From the NCBI GenBank assembly GCA_049423385.1, contig JBMSQQ010000049.1:1-26542 (forward strand): a stretch of 26,542 nt of DNA. Reading direction: 5' to 3'. The position numbers and the translations under genes are program-made. Below are positions 16,171 through 24,761 of this stretch, piece by piece (positions within the stretch are counted from its first letter, which is position 1; every line of letters begins with the position of its first letter). A model generated the notes under the pieces. The model saw only the letters and a program-made list of their open reading frames with translations, was not told where the DNA came from and searched no databases. The stretch comes from Silvanigrellaceae bacterium (GTDB lineage: Bacteria > Bdellovibrionota_B > Oligoflexia > Silvanigrellales > Silvanigrellaceae).

Positions 16171-18395
16171 GCGACGCTTTCCTTGAACTCAGCTGCAGTC
16201 TTTGCAAGTTCATCTGGCAGCGGAGCACCCATCGAATTGGCAATCTTTTCGATCAAGTTGATGCGCAATCCAAGATCCGCCCTGAGCATTTCAAGCATTC
16301 TGTTGCAAACCAGCGAGAAAACCTCTGCCTTGTCGTTGCCGGCGGCGTTTTTGCGCTTCTGTGAAGTGTTGATGTTCTCAAGTTCTTCCAGGAGTGCTTC
16401 AAGAGCCTTTGTTTCCTTTGGATAGAGATCCAGAATCTTTTGGCGCAGGACGGGATCCGTGAAGAACAGGAAGTTGGCCTTGCGGGCGATGGGAAGTTTG
16501 TCGATGACCCCGCGGATGATGTTTGGCTCCATCAATTCAAGGTCTCGGGTAAAGAATCTTTCCTGGAGAAGCTCAAAGCGCAGGCTGAGATCATCTGCGC
16601 CGAGAAAGTCCAGAATCTTGGCCTCTGACGTTTGTGTGCTGCCCTTGAGCATGGCTCTGAGGAGTCGTTCCTTGTCGATGTTCTTCTGCTCGCCCAGTGA
16701 CTCTTTTCTGCCGTCGATTTTGTCAATGAATGCCGGTGCCGGTGCCTTGCTGGAGTCGACCTGGCCCAGGCCTTCCATAATTTCCTTGAGCCTCTCAGCA
16801 GCCAATTGATTTGAAAGTTCCAGCGCTACACCCTGAGGCAGCAGGCGCATGACAATGCTCGATTCCTCCGTGGAAATCTCATTGAAGAGTTCCTTCAGTC
16901 CAGAGACGTCGAGTTTGAGCAGTGCCTTGCGGATGGGTTTTGTGTCGTAACTGAATCTCAAAAGAGCCGTCTGGCGGGGAATCATTCCGGCAAGCATCAG
17001 TTGTGCAGCCTCGAGGCCTGGCAACATTTCCGAGCCCTCCTTCCAGGAGGCATTCAGGCTTTCGTCGAGTTTTCGAATCAGTTTGTTTGGCAGCAGTTCG
17101 AGTGCCGGCTTGAGATTATCGTAACCAGAATAGAGAAGAAGGCTGTTGAGCGAGTTCATCCCGTTGTCGCCACTGGCGATGTCGACCAACACTTCTCCCA
17201 CTGTAACGGGGTCTTTCGAGCACCACTGTGCGACGTTTTCGGAAAGCTGAATGCGTGTCTGGGCCAGCAGATCCGCTTCCTTGTCGAGGCTGAATTTCGA
17301 TTTGGTGCTCAGTGAAGACTTCAATTCCTGCTGCAGTGGCCCACCGACATCGGCCGTGTTGGTTGCAGGCCCGGCATCCTGAGATTCGCTGTCAGGTTTT
17401 GCCGTGGCAGCCTGTGCTGCCTTGGCCACGTTGCCGATGGCCTGGGCGACGCTTCGGCCTGTAAAAAACACTGCAAAGCCCACGAGGACGAATCCAATCA
17501 GTGCGGCGAGGCTCATGAACAGCCCGCTGAGCGATTGATTCTTTGGATTGAGCAGATCACCGACCCAAGAGGTTTGACCTTCCTTTTTTTCTGCTTCGTC
17601 GGTTTTGATCTCGGCGAGGTTGTTGAACTTGATCCTGTCATTGGCATTGTTTTCATTGAGGGCAGAGGTACCCAAAAGTTTCACGATGGCCTTGCGCAAC
17701 TCGGTTCGCGACTCCTCCTTGAATTCTGTCGGAACGTGAAGTGTCATGCTGAGTTCGACGAGATAATCATACAAAGAGTATGAAAAAGGCGTGGGCTGAT
17801 AGGAGGACATGGGCGAAGAGAAGTTGATGCTCGGTGCGATGGCCTGCTTCTGTGTTGTGGGCAGTTCTGTTTTTTTTGCTGAAGTTGGGGCGATGTTTCC
17901 GGTATTGAGAATGCCAAATCGGGCGCCCGGTTGTGCGAGGTCGGGGTTTGAGTCGGACTTGGGCTGAAGGGGAGTCTCCGGATTTTGCAGTGCATTTGCA
18001 GCTTTCAAAAAGCTGAGAAACTGCGATGTGCTTTCGCTCCACTGTTGGCGAGTCTGTTGCTGCTCTTTCGTCCTTTCCTGCTGCTGATGCTTTTGAAAGT
18101 CCTGATTGAGCTTGTTTCTGTCGACGTTCAATTCAATGCTCACGACAGGTTTTCTTTTGTCTTTGAGTTCAGCAACAACAAGCGACTTCTCTGCCAGGTC
18201 TGTCACGTGCTTTTGAATCTCGTCGCGCATGCGGATGCGTTCGATTTCAGGCAAATTGAAGGTTTGTTGCACTGCGGTCTGTGCAAATGCGATGGGCGTG
18301 AGAGCAGAATGACAAAGGCAAAGCAAGGCCGTGGCAAGCACCGCCGCTGAAATCAGTCGCAATCCGATATTTCCGATCCGGTCATACCAGTGCAT
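16167..18395 (-). CDS. Single-chain FliF(RBM3)-TM-FliG-like protein
   Basis: ATG 18395 with AAGGAAG SD; signal peptide ending AFA-Q; split RBM-like domain; one TM; DPVTVGEVL (FliF C-tail-like); FliG N/M/C-like ARM segments including EAKILDFL..RFFTRDLELME..LRQKILDLYPKETKALEALLEEL. Confidence 0.72.
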   Translation of the reverse strand: MHWYDRIGNIGLRLISAAVLATALLCLCHSALTPIAFAQTAVQQTFNLPEIERIRMRDEIQKHVTDLAEKSLVVAELKDKRKPVVSIELNVDRNKLNQDFQKHQQQERTKEQQQTRQQWSESTSQFLSFLKAANALQNPETPLQPKSDSNPDLAQPGARFGILNTGNIAPTSAKKTELPTTQKQAIAPSINFSSPMSSYQPTPFSYSLYDYLVELSMTLHVPTEFKEESRTELRKAIVKLLGTSALNENNANDRIKFNNLAEIKTDEAEKKEGQTSWVGDLLNPKNQSLSGLFMSLAALIGFVLVGFAVFFTGRSVAQAIGNVAKAAQAATAKPDSESQDAGPATNTADVGGPLQQELKSSLSTKSKFSLDKEADLLAQTRIQLSENVAQWCSKDPVTVGEVLVDIASGDNGMNSLNSLLLYSGYDNLKPALELLPNKLIRKLDESLNASWKEGSEMLPGLEAAQLMLAGMIPRQTALLRFSYDTKPIRKALLKLDVSGLKELFNEISTEESSIVMRLLPQGVALELSNQLAAERLKEIMEGLGQVDSSKAPAPAFIDKIDGRKESLGEQKNIDKERLLRAMLKGSTQTSEAKILDFLGADDLSLRFELLQERFFTRDLELMEPNIIRGVIDKLPIARKANFLFFTDPVLRQKILDLYPKETKALEALLEELENINTSQKRKNAAGNDKAEVFSLVCNRMLEMLRADLGLRINLIEKIANSMGAPLPDELAKTAAEFKESVA

Positions 18396-18557
18396 GAATC
18401 TTCCTTTGTTCCTCTTCAAATATCGGGCAGATTTGTCCAATGAGTTTGGGCCTTGGATGCCGCACGTCAAATTACTTTCAGGATTCGAGTCAATTCAAGG
18501 CACGGATATTGCCGGCTTGCGCGAATCATCCCGGCAATAATTTCCCACGGGATGAGA

Positions 18558-19211
18558 TTAAAAACCGAGGACGGCTCCAACAGAAAGTCCGATTTTTTGC
18601 CCGGTGTAGGCAATTGTGCTGGTTCCCACGTTGATTTGGTATTGCAGGGAGCTTGAAATTGCGAGTCCCGAACTGATTGCGTACTGGCTGCCAATTCCCA
18701 GACCCAGTCCAAGATAATCCGAAGATGCATCGAAGTTTTGAAGCACCGTGCGCAAAAGAGCTCTTCCAAAAGCAACGTTCAAAGAAGCGAAGTGACGAAA
18801 TTTCTCCGTTTCACTCAATTGCATGCCTTCAAAACTCACTGAAGAATCGCTTGAAAGTGAAATGGGGTACCACTGCACGATCACGCCGAGATTTTGATCA
18901 TAATTTCGTCCAATCGGCGGATTGGGGTCATGACCCAGAAAGCTTGTCAGGCCCACCCAGACGTCGGGGTGAATGCGCTGCGTCAAGCTCAGATTCAAAT
19001 TCATGAATGAAATTCCGCTGCGCTCGGTAAAACCTGAGACAGAAAAGCTATTGAACTCGCCTCCAATTCCAAGCGCAGTTCGCTTGGCCGCGTCGCCAGC
19101 CTTCGCCGGCATGGGCAGCGAGACAATGGCTGCAGGCAGAATTGCAAAAAGCAACGCCTTGCTGAGCAGGTCAGTTCGGCTTCTGTTGGGTGCCTTTTTT
19201 GATTTGTTCAA
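18558..19211 (-). CDS. Small outer-membrane beta-barrel protein (about 8 strands)
   Basis: Signal peptide ending AKA; amphipathic strands (LGVIVQWYP, LGLGIGSQY, ISSSLQYQ); terminal IGLSVGAVLGF with C-terminal Phe (BAM signal). TTG start uncertain. Confidence 0.82.
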   Translation of the reverse strand: MNKSKKAPNRSRTDLLSKALLFAILPAAIVSLPMPAKAGDAAKRTALGIGGEFNSFSVSGFTERSGISFMNLNLSLTQRIHPDVWVGLTSFLGHDPNPPIGRNYDQNLGVIVQWYPISLSSDSSVSFEGMQLSETEKFRHFASLNVAFGRALLRTVLQNFDASSDYLGLGLGIGSQYAISSGLAISSSLQYQINVGTSTIAYTGQKIGLSVGAVLGF

Positions 19212-19821
19212 TGAAGTTCCTCGTGACTGTGTCGTCGGGGTCGAGTTCCGTTCCTCGGGTCAAGCTTGCAACGGCAGCCTGGAGTTCACCTTTCTGGAAC
19301 TGAATTGAGCCTTCCAGAAAATAACTGATGGCCAGGTTCGGATACTTCTCGCGTATTTTCACCGTCAATCTCTGCGCATCATCGTAGCGTTTCTCGATGA
19401 TTCCGCGCTCGGCGTCGAGAATGTCGCGCACCAGGGCATTCAGGTCCGAGGGTTTCTGTTGCTCACTGCTTTTGGGATCAACAATCTTCTTGAGACTCAG
19501 TGAGGCCTTGAGTTCACCCCTGAGCGATGTTGGCAACAACAGTGTGGCCGTTTCGTGGCCCTCAAGCGTTGCTCTGATGAGTGCTGGTCCTTGTCGAACA
19601 AGCTCGCCCAATTTGTCTGAGTTCAGCGAAACGGGAGATTTTCCAAGAGTCGCAGGTGCTCCTCCCGATGCTGAAATAGCCGTGAGTTCAGCCCCTGCCG
19701 GTTCCGTGGTGATTTGGAGGCTGGCGCAAGCTGCGAGCAAAATTGTTTGCACAATCGAGCAAGCCAGCAGTCGCCGAAATCCTTGAGCGCTGAGTATTGG
19801 TTTGTTGTCTTTCACTCGCAC
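19171..19821 (-). CDS. Lipoprotein with PEGA-like domain and TPR repeats
   Basis: Lipobox LAAC; LQITTEPAGAEL..LGKSP..ATLEGHE (PEGA); YPNLAISYFLEGSIQFQKGELQAAVASLTRGTELDPDD (TPR); AAGGA SD before GTG. Confidence 0.85.
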   Translation of the reverse strand: MRVKDNKPILSAQGFRRLLACSIVQTILLAACASLQITTEPAGAELTAISASGGAPATLGKSPVSLNSDKLGELVRQGPALIRATLEGHETATLLLPTSLRGELKASLSLKKIVDPKSSEQQKPSDLNALVRDILDAERGIIEKRYDDAQRLTVKIREKYPNLAISYFLEGSIQFQKGELQAAVASLTRGTELDPDDTVTRNFIEQIKKGTQQKPN

Positions 19822-20013
19822 CGTCCTTGGTGTGGGCAGATTTTTCCACCGATCCGAATCATACCAAATGTTGGATCACTCCAGTTTACTTTTCAATGTC
19901 AATGCGACTCAAGCGAACCAATCTGCCTTGCTGCAGGCTGATTTGTGAAAACCTTGGCGCTCACGTAAGCTGAAGACATCCTTGTGTCATTCGGCGAACT
20001 GAAGGGGAATCCA

Positions 20014-21588
20014 ATGGTGAACAGTTGGCTCGGGCATGCGTATTGGCGTTTGGCAATTGTCCTGATTCTGGGGTTCGCAAGCGGTTTGCCGTTGGCACTC
20101 ACTTCAGCCACCTTGCAGGCCTGGTTGGCGACCGACAACGTCGACATTGCAACCATTGGTTTCTTTTCGTTGGTTGGGCTTCCGTATACGTTCAAGTTTC
20201 TTTGGGCGCCGCTCATGGATCGCTTCGAGCCACCCTTTTTGCGACGACGACAAGGTTGGCTTGTTCTCACCCAATTGGGCACTGCCGGAGCACTTTTGTT
20301 GCTCTCGACACTTCGGCCTTCACAGAGCACTGAGGTTTTCTCTTTGATTGCAGTGACCATCGCGGTGTTCTCTGCCTCGCAGGACATCGTGGTTGATGCC
20401 TATCGAACAGACGTTGTTGAACATCACGAACGAGGCTTTTCATCTGCAATTTATGTTTTTGGTTATCGACTTGCGATGATTCTTTCGGGCGGAATTGCGA
20501 TGATTTGGGCCGACCCCGTGAAAGGCAACGGTTGGACCTGGCCGGACATCTACAGGATTATGGCCATGATCATGGTCGCCGTCGCAGCAATCTCGTTCTT
20601 TCTGCTCCCGTCTGTGAAATACGTGGATCAAGGCAAAAAGTCGGACGCGAAGTCCGACCTTCTCGGTTTCTTTGCTGTCGTGGTTGCAGTGGTGATTGGT
20701 TATCAATTCACCACCCGCATCGCCAACCCACTTTCGGCTCAAATGCTCTCGGGTGTGTTTCCGCCCGAGGGCGACAAGCCAAATCCAAACCTCAAGGCAT
20801 GGGCAGATCTTCTCGGACTGTTCATTGGCCTGGCTGTTACGCTGCCGCTCGCATGGTTTGCGTCGGTGAGGGCAAAATATGAGACGCTCAATGTTGCTCT
20901 CAAGAACTATTTTTCCCTCAAGAGTTCGGTGAGCATTCTTGTTTTCATCATTCTCTACAAGTTGGGTGATGCGTTCGCCAGCGCGTTGCTCACACCCTTC
21001 CTGCTCAAGGGCGTTGGCTTTGCCCAAGCGGAAATCGGCGTGGTGAACAAGATCATCGGAATCTGGTTGACCATCCTGGGAGCCCTTGCCGGCGGTGCCC
21101 TGATGGTCAAGATTGGACTTTACCGGTCGCTGCTTTCATTCGGTATCCTTCAATTGCTCTCGAACCTCGGTTTCTGGCTCGTCGCAACGCTTGGCAAGGG
21201 TTCCTGGGGAAGTTTCGAGCTCCCGGCATTCAACCTCATCCTTGTTTCACTCAAGGAAGCGACACAGGTGGATTCACTCCTGGTTTTCGCGGTCGGCATT
21301 GAAAACATCACGGGTGGAATGGGAACTGCAGCCTTTGTTGCTCTGTTGATGTCGCTCTGCAATCAAAAATTCACTGCCACACAGTATGCGCTGCTTTCGG
21401 CGTTTTCCGCAGTGGGTCGTGTGTGGGTGGGGCCATTGGCAGGAGCAGCTGCGACCTCCATCGGCTGGCCAACATTCTTCATCATTTCGACCATCATGGC
21501 AGTGCCGGGAATCGTGATGCTGATAAGGCTGAGGCCGATTGTGTTTGAACTGGAAGCGCCCAAGGGAGTCGCGCTGGCCGACGACTGA
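20014..21588 (+). CDS. ampG: AmpG-family muropeptide MFS permease
   Basis: GFASGLP, KFLWAPLMDR, RRQGW, SASQDIVVDAYR, GYRLAM, LYKLGDA, ATQYALLS; start is ATG 20014 or GTG 19984. Confidence 0.93.
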   Translation: MVNSWLGHAYWRLAIVLILGFASGLPLALTSATLQAWLATDNVDIATIGFFSLVGLPYTFKFLWAPLMDRFEPPFLRRRQGWLVLTQLGTAGALLLLSTLRPSQSTEVFSLIAVTIAVFSASQDIVVDAYRTDVVEHHERGFSSAIYVFGYRLAMILSGGIAMIWADPVKGNGWTWPDIYRIMAMIMVAVAAISFFLLPSVKYVDQGKKSDAKSDLLGFFAVVVAVVIGYQFTTRIANPLSAQMLSGVFPPEGDKPNPNLKAWADLLGLFIGLAVTLPLAWFASVRAKYETLNVALKNYFSLKSSVSILVFIILYKLGDAFASALLTPFLLKGVGFAQAEIGVVNKIIGIWLTILGALAGGALMVKIGLYRSLLSFGILQLLSNLGFWLVATLGKGSWGSFELPAFNLILVSLKEATQVDSLLVFAVGIENITGGMGTAAFVALLMSLCNQKFTATQYALLSAFSAVGRVWVGPLAGAAATSIGWPTFFIISTIMAVPGIVMLIRLRPIVFELEAPKGVALADD

Positions 21589-21617
21589 AAACGGAAGAGA
21601 GAAGTCAGAAACTGAAT

Positions 21618-22343
21618 TCAGAGCTGACCTTGCATTTGCTCCACAAAAGCGTTCCATTCTTCGAGGACGACCGCAAAGGCGTCCTCTTTTGAATAAACAC
21701 CTCTGCCGCACATCAGTTCCACCAGGTTGAATCCCTCGCGCAACAAAAAGTCGGCATGTCCAAATCCCTTCAAATAGACACGCTGGAGAGAGTTTGGAGC
21801 AATGTGCTTGTAAAAGCGTTCAGGTCCCATTTTTTCCGGAACACACGAATGACCAAGTCTTTTAAATCCAGGTCCCAATTCACTCTCCAGCACAACAGTT
21901 GGTATCGCCAGTGTGGGAAATTTTTCATCGAGAAAAATTGGAAATCGCTTCGGTGACGAAAAGGGCGGCGTTCCATCCACCGGATCCATCAAAAACAAGC
22001 CTTTGACGTTTGAGTCAACCGAGGCCAATTTGGCGGCGAATTTTCCGGTTTCGCTATAGGCAAGAATCACGACACCTCGCGGCGCACGACTGGAGACATC
22101 CTTGACCAGTGCAATCATTTTTTCCAGATCGCGGCTTTGGTTGGCCGTGATCGGATTGTAGTCGATATTGCCAAACGAGAATTCACCCTGGCGGATGCAA
22201 TCGTTGTCGATGAACGGAGTGTATGTTTTTTCATCAACGGCTGAACTTCGCAGGACCACAAATCCTATTCCTGCGCAGTCGGCAAAAGATTTCAATGGAA
22301 ACAGAACTGCGAGCAGCACAAAAAAAAGCCGTACACGTGCCAT
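21618..22343 (-). CDS. Secreted alpha/beta hydrolase, chlorophyllase-like
   Basis: Signal peptide from ATG 22343; LAYSETG elbow, LMDPVDG, SCVPE, FGHADFL mirror chlorophyllase GHSxGG / DPVDG / CAP / GHxD. Confidence 0.72.
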   Translation of the reverse strand: MARVRLFFVLLAVLFPLKSFADCAGIGFVVLRSSAVDEKTYTPFIDNDCIRQGEFSFGNIDYNPITANQSRDLEKMIALVKDVSSRAPRGVVILAYSETGKFAAKLASVDSNVKGLFLMDPVDGTPPFSSPKRFPIFLDEKFPTLAIPTVVLESELGPGFKRLGHSCVPEKMGPERFYKHIAPNSLQRVYLKGFGHADFLLREGFNLVELMCGRGVYSKEDAFAVVLEEWNAFVEQMQGQL

Positions 22344-22431
22344 CACCCGACTCCACAACGTTCGATGTTCCTGCAAAAGTATGAATTTTTACTTTCGCGA
22401 AACTATCACGTCGCAAGTTCGGGTTCAAACC

Positions 22432-23970
22432 TCAGTCGCGGAGGCCTTCAAGCAGAATCCATTCCATGGCCTGAGTGGGCGGAAGCAGCTTGCAGTAGTG
22501 CATTCCTGCAAGTGGAGCGGGAGCGTTCAGGCCACTGCGCAAGGCGGTCGAAGTCACTTTCAGCTCGCGAGAATCAGGGTTTTCTTCAATGTTCAGCTTG
22601 CTGGGGAGCCACTGAATTCCTGAGGCAAATTCACGGTCATCCCCAAACACCATCGTGCGACCACGACGCATGAAGCGCTCACGGGCCGTTGGGCTGATTT
22701 CGTTCAGCGCCCAGTTGAAAATCTTCCTGTTGAGGTCGGCACAGTTCAACAACGGAGCGTTGGCAATTCCAGCCGCTGCATGAATCGCTTCCCGGCTCTT
22801 TGTTTTGCAGCTGAGGGCTCGAGCACTCTCTGGAATATTCGAGATGTCCAGGAAATTGTGCGGATAGACAAGATGATACGAAATGTTGATTTCCATCTCT
22901 TCGCTGCCCTGCAGTTGAATTTTTGGTTTGCTTGCAGCAAACGGAGCGAGTCCCAAGACTCGCTCGGATCTCGTTTTGAGCTTGAAACCCGGCGGCAGCA
23001 GTTTGGCTTCTTCGGCTTGGGCCTCGCCGCAAGCGAGTTCGTCTTTTTCCTGAGCTTCCCAGTAGGGCTCGACGATCTCCCTTGTTTTCTGAACTGCAAG
23101 AGTCATCCGGTCGAAAGCCTTGACTCGTTCATCTGAAAGAGTGTCGGGCGATGCGTTCATCACGATGAAGTCGGATACAACTTCGGCAATTCTGGATTGC
23201 GCCGCTTTCAAATCCAGTTCCGGTTCGAGGTCGGAATCAAGCTGCTTGCCGTCTGCGAATTGAGCATGATTGACGCCCGGCAAAACAACCACAGGCTTTT
23301 CCGCCAATGGTTTTTGGACATCGGGATTGAGGCTTGCGATTTCAAAAAAGCTTTTCGCGTCGAGTGCAATGCGCGTCACACGCGTTTGACCATCAAGTTC
23401 TCCTGTGAGCGTCAGCACAGGCACCTGCATCTCGGGCAAAGTACTGCGTCCATCATTTCGAACCAGATAAGAAGAAAGAAGAACAAGTCCAGCGAAGTCT
23501 TTTTTCTTGATGTAGTTCTGGGCAATGATTCCGCCAACGGAATGTCCCGCAAGGGTGGTCTGCTTTCGCTCCACGGATGTGAAGCCAAGGTCCCGCACTG
23601 TTGCAAAGACCCTCTCGATGGCTGCATCGTCCTGAACCGGATTTACGATGTCGCCCGTGAAGGCAAGAATGCCAATCCAAAGGCTGAAGGCCGAACTTTC
23701 CTGAATCTCCCGCGCCAGTGAAAGGTACTCCTCGGGTGATCTGTTCATTCCAGGGAACAAAATCAGGAGTCTTTCGGGTGCTCCCGATTTGAGCGGGCGC
23801 ATGACGATGGGAGCTGCCGCCTCTTCCGTTCGCTGGTTTCTTTGTTGTGTAATTTCAGCTGCTTTTTGGATTGAAAAATCGTCGCGAATAGGAGATACGA
23901 AGCAGGCCGATAAGAGAATCAAGGGGACGAGTGTTCCAGTCAGGACGCCAAGCGGTTTTGTCCGGGTCAT
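22432..23970 (-). CDS. Lipoprotein alpha/beta hydrolase with an extra C-terminal Cys-containing domain
   Basis: Lipobox LSAC; FPG oxyanion, GHSVGG, GELDG, GVNHAQF catalytic triad. Confidence 0.88.
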   Translation of the reverse strand: MTRTKPLGVLTGTLVPLILLSACFVSPIRDDFSIQKAAEITQQRNQRTEEAAAPIVMRPLKSGAPERLLILFPGMNRSPEEYLSLAREIQESSAFSLWIGILAFTGDIVNPVQDDAAIERVFATVRDLGFTSVERKQTTLAGHSVGGIIAQNYIKKKDFAGLVLLSSYLVRNDGRSTLPEMQVPVLTLTGELDGQTRVTRIALDAKSFFEIASLNPDVQKPLAEKPVVVLPGVNHAQFADGKQLDSDLEPELDLKAAQSRIAEVVSDFIVMNASPDTLSDERVKAFDRMTLAVQKTREIVEPYWEAQEKDELACGEAQAEEAKLLPPGFKLKTRSERVLGLAPFAASKPKIQLQGSEEMEINISYHLVYPHNFLDISNIPESARALSCKTKSREAIHAAAGIANAPLLNCADLNRKIFNWALNEISPTARERFMRRGRTMVFGDDREFASGIQWLPSKLNIEENPDSRELKVTSTALRSGLNAPAPLAGMHYCKLLPPTQAMEWILLEGLRD

Positions 23971-24112
23971 GGGTACCTCTGCACTTTCAACAATCGGTTC
24001 AGACGACCGTTTTTGTTCACACTTTTTTTGTCATGCCTGTTATGCTTGCGGCACGATACTTTAATTGTGGCAAACGGCAATGATGCATGGGCTTCAATTT
24101 GGAGAAATAAGA

Positions 24113-24742
24113 ATGGCGAGTTGTTGCCAAAGCAAAGCCTGCGATCTTGCGAAACTCAAAAAAGAGCAGGCCAACGTTTTGTGGATTGCACTTTTCATCA
24201 ATGCTTCGATGTTTTTTGTCGAGGCTGCAGGCGGTATTTATGCCCGCTCACTCGCACTGAGTGGCGACTCACTCGACATGCTCGGAGATGCCATTGCCTA
24301 CGGTAGTAGTCTTTATGTCATCAACAAGGGCCGAAAGGCAAAGGCTCTGTCTGCCTCGCTCAAGGGTGGTATCATGTTGGCCTCTGCCGCAGCTGTATTT
24401 GTGCAGGCAATCTGGAAGCTGATCCACAGCACCACACCCGAAGTGGGGCTCATGGGAGGTGTGACCCTGCTCGCGCTCATTGCCAACGTCGCCTGCCTCG
24501 TCTTGCTCACGCGTCATCGCAACGATGACATCAACATGTCGTCTGTTTGGACTTGCTCGCGCAACGACCTGATTGCCAACGTGTCTATGCTTGCTGCCAC
24601 CGGACTCGTGGCCTGGACGCATTCTCCCTGGCCCGACATTGTTGTTGGGTTGGCCATCACTGTGTTGTTTTTCAAGTCAGGAATGGGTGTTTTGAATGAA
24701 GCGCGTCGAGAGTTGAACATGAGTCAAACCATTCGGGTCTGA
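24113..24742 (+). CDS. Cation diffusion facilitator (CDF) transporter lacking the C-terminal domain
   Basis: LWIALFIN..MFFVE, SLALSGDSLDMLGD, NMSSVWTCSRND, WPD; N-terminal CCxxxxC; GGAG SD. Confidence 0.9.
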   Translation: MASCCQSKACDLAKLKKEQANVLWIALFINASMFFVEAAGGIYARSLALSGDSLDMLGDAIAYGSSLYVINKGRKAKALSASLKGGIMLASAAAVFVQAIWKLIHSTTPEVGLMGGVTLLALIANVACLVLLTRHRNDDINMSSVWTCSRNDLIANVSMLAATGLVAWTHSPWPDIVVGLAITVLFFKSGMGVLNEARRELNMSQTIRV

Positions 24743-24761
24743 CCGCAGAGTTATCCTTTTT

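Noticed and set aside
18396..18470. Longer N-terminus for the FliF-FliG fusion (and similar upstream extensions of ORFs 1858, 2459, 3210, 8020, 24065)
   Set aside because: Downstream ATGs have better Shine-Dalgarno sequences or begin proper signal peptides.
11260..19821. Ordinary flagellar gene cluster
   Set aside because: No fliE/H/I/M/N/P/Q/R, flg, flh or che genes flank it; FliF and FliG are fused and altered.
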